A stretch of DNA of 63,840 nucleotides, filler included, from Octopus bimaculoides (Eukaryota): assembly GCF_001194135.2 (NCBI RefSeq). It is 6 parts of 5 records of this genome, joined end to end, with 100 filler letters (N's around TTAATTAATTAA, not from the genome) between each part and the next. Parts side by side here need not be neighbours in the genome. Positions count along the whole stretch, not along the records: positions 59,126 to 63,840 come from NC_068984.1; 5 more parts are not named here. One strand, written 5' to 3'. The notes beneath the pieces were generated by a model. The model had not been told where the DNA came from and made no database searches. It was given only the letters and a program-made list of their open reading frames with translations. Both the position numbers and the translations under genes were made by a program. This document shows, one piece after another, positions 63,105 through 63,840 of this stretch (position 1 is its first letter; every line of letters starts with the position of its first letter).

Positions 63105-63840
63105 TTATCATTGAGATTAACGGTACGGAAATAGCCAGGACATCNNNNNNNNNNNNNNNNNNNNNNNNNNNNNNNNNNNNNNNNNNNNNNNNNNNNNNNN
63201 NNNNNNNNNNNNNNNNNNNNNNNNNNNNNNNNNNNNNNNNNNNNNNNNNNNNNNNNNNNNNNNNNNNNNNNNNNNNNNNNNNNNNNNNNNNNNNNNNNNN
63301 NNNNNNNNNNNNNNNNTATATAATATTTGTATGTATGTACGTACGAGTGTGTGTATGTATCTATGTGTGTATTATATGTGCGTGTGTGTCTATAAAATGT
63401 ATGTGTGTGTTTGTGTGTACGTATGTCTATATGCGTGCGTTTACGCCTATCTCTCTTTTCATTTCCCTTCCCACTCAGTGCAACAAATACACCTGCCTGG
63501 CTTTCATTCAGTTCGTATTTCGCTCCTCCCTCCCCCCTTCTTTCTCTCTCTCTCTCTTCATCTTTCTCTCTTTCTCTCTCCTTTTATTCTTCTATTTCCT
63601 CGTCTTTCACACTCTTATTTCTCGTTTTTCGTTTCATTTCTCTGTATATGTGCGCGCATATATGTTTATGCATATATAGATATATGTGTATGTATGTATA
63701 TAAGTTTGTGTCTATATATGTATGTATGTATATATATATATATATATAAATACACACATATATATATACATACCTACATGTAATATGTATATATATATAT
63801 ATATATAATATATATGTATATACATACATATATGTAATAT

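Overview
Eukaryotic, AT-rich, very microsatellite-dense DNA from a draft assembly, with about 27 N-gaps totalling roughly 9 kb. The repeat landscape suggests a coleoid cephalopod, probably Octopus; this is an inference, not a database result. I cannot recognise an intact host protein-coding gene, and nearly all long ORFs in the track are translations of microsatellites or N-runs. The window is mostly decayed transposable elements: a CR1/L2-type LINE RT fragment, several Penelope-like (PLE) RT and GIY-YIG relics, two fused R4/Dong-type LINE fragments, mariner, Tc1 and maT-like transposons, a Helitron 3' end with its hairpin and CTAG, MITEs, a DINE-1/HINE-like element and at least four tRNA-derived SINE families. 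The best unexplained structure is a set of minimal type I hammerhead ribozyme motifs (about 1810, 14273, 47261, 56012, 58262, 61698 and 61880, plus half-motifs). They belong to several unrelated sequence families, and some have an unusual extra mismatch at the base of stem II. One lies in a 223-bp direct-repeat unit that resembles a retrozyme monomer. Other signals are a 58-bp-arm hairpin whose six mismatches are all G-U wobbles on one strand, an inverted SINE pair sharing private variants, a Dong-like LINE ending in a SINE's (ATT)n tail, and unique islands with RFX X-box plus E-box motifs. All RNA structures were paired by eye and none was tested computationally or experimentally.
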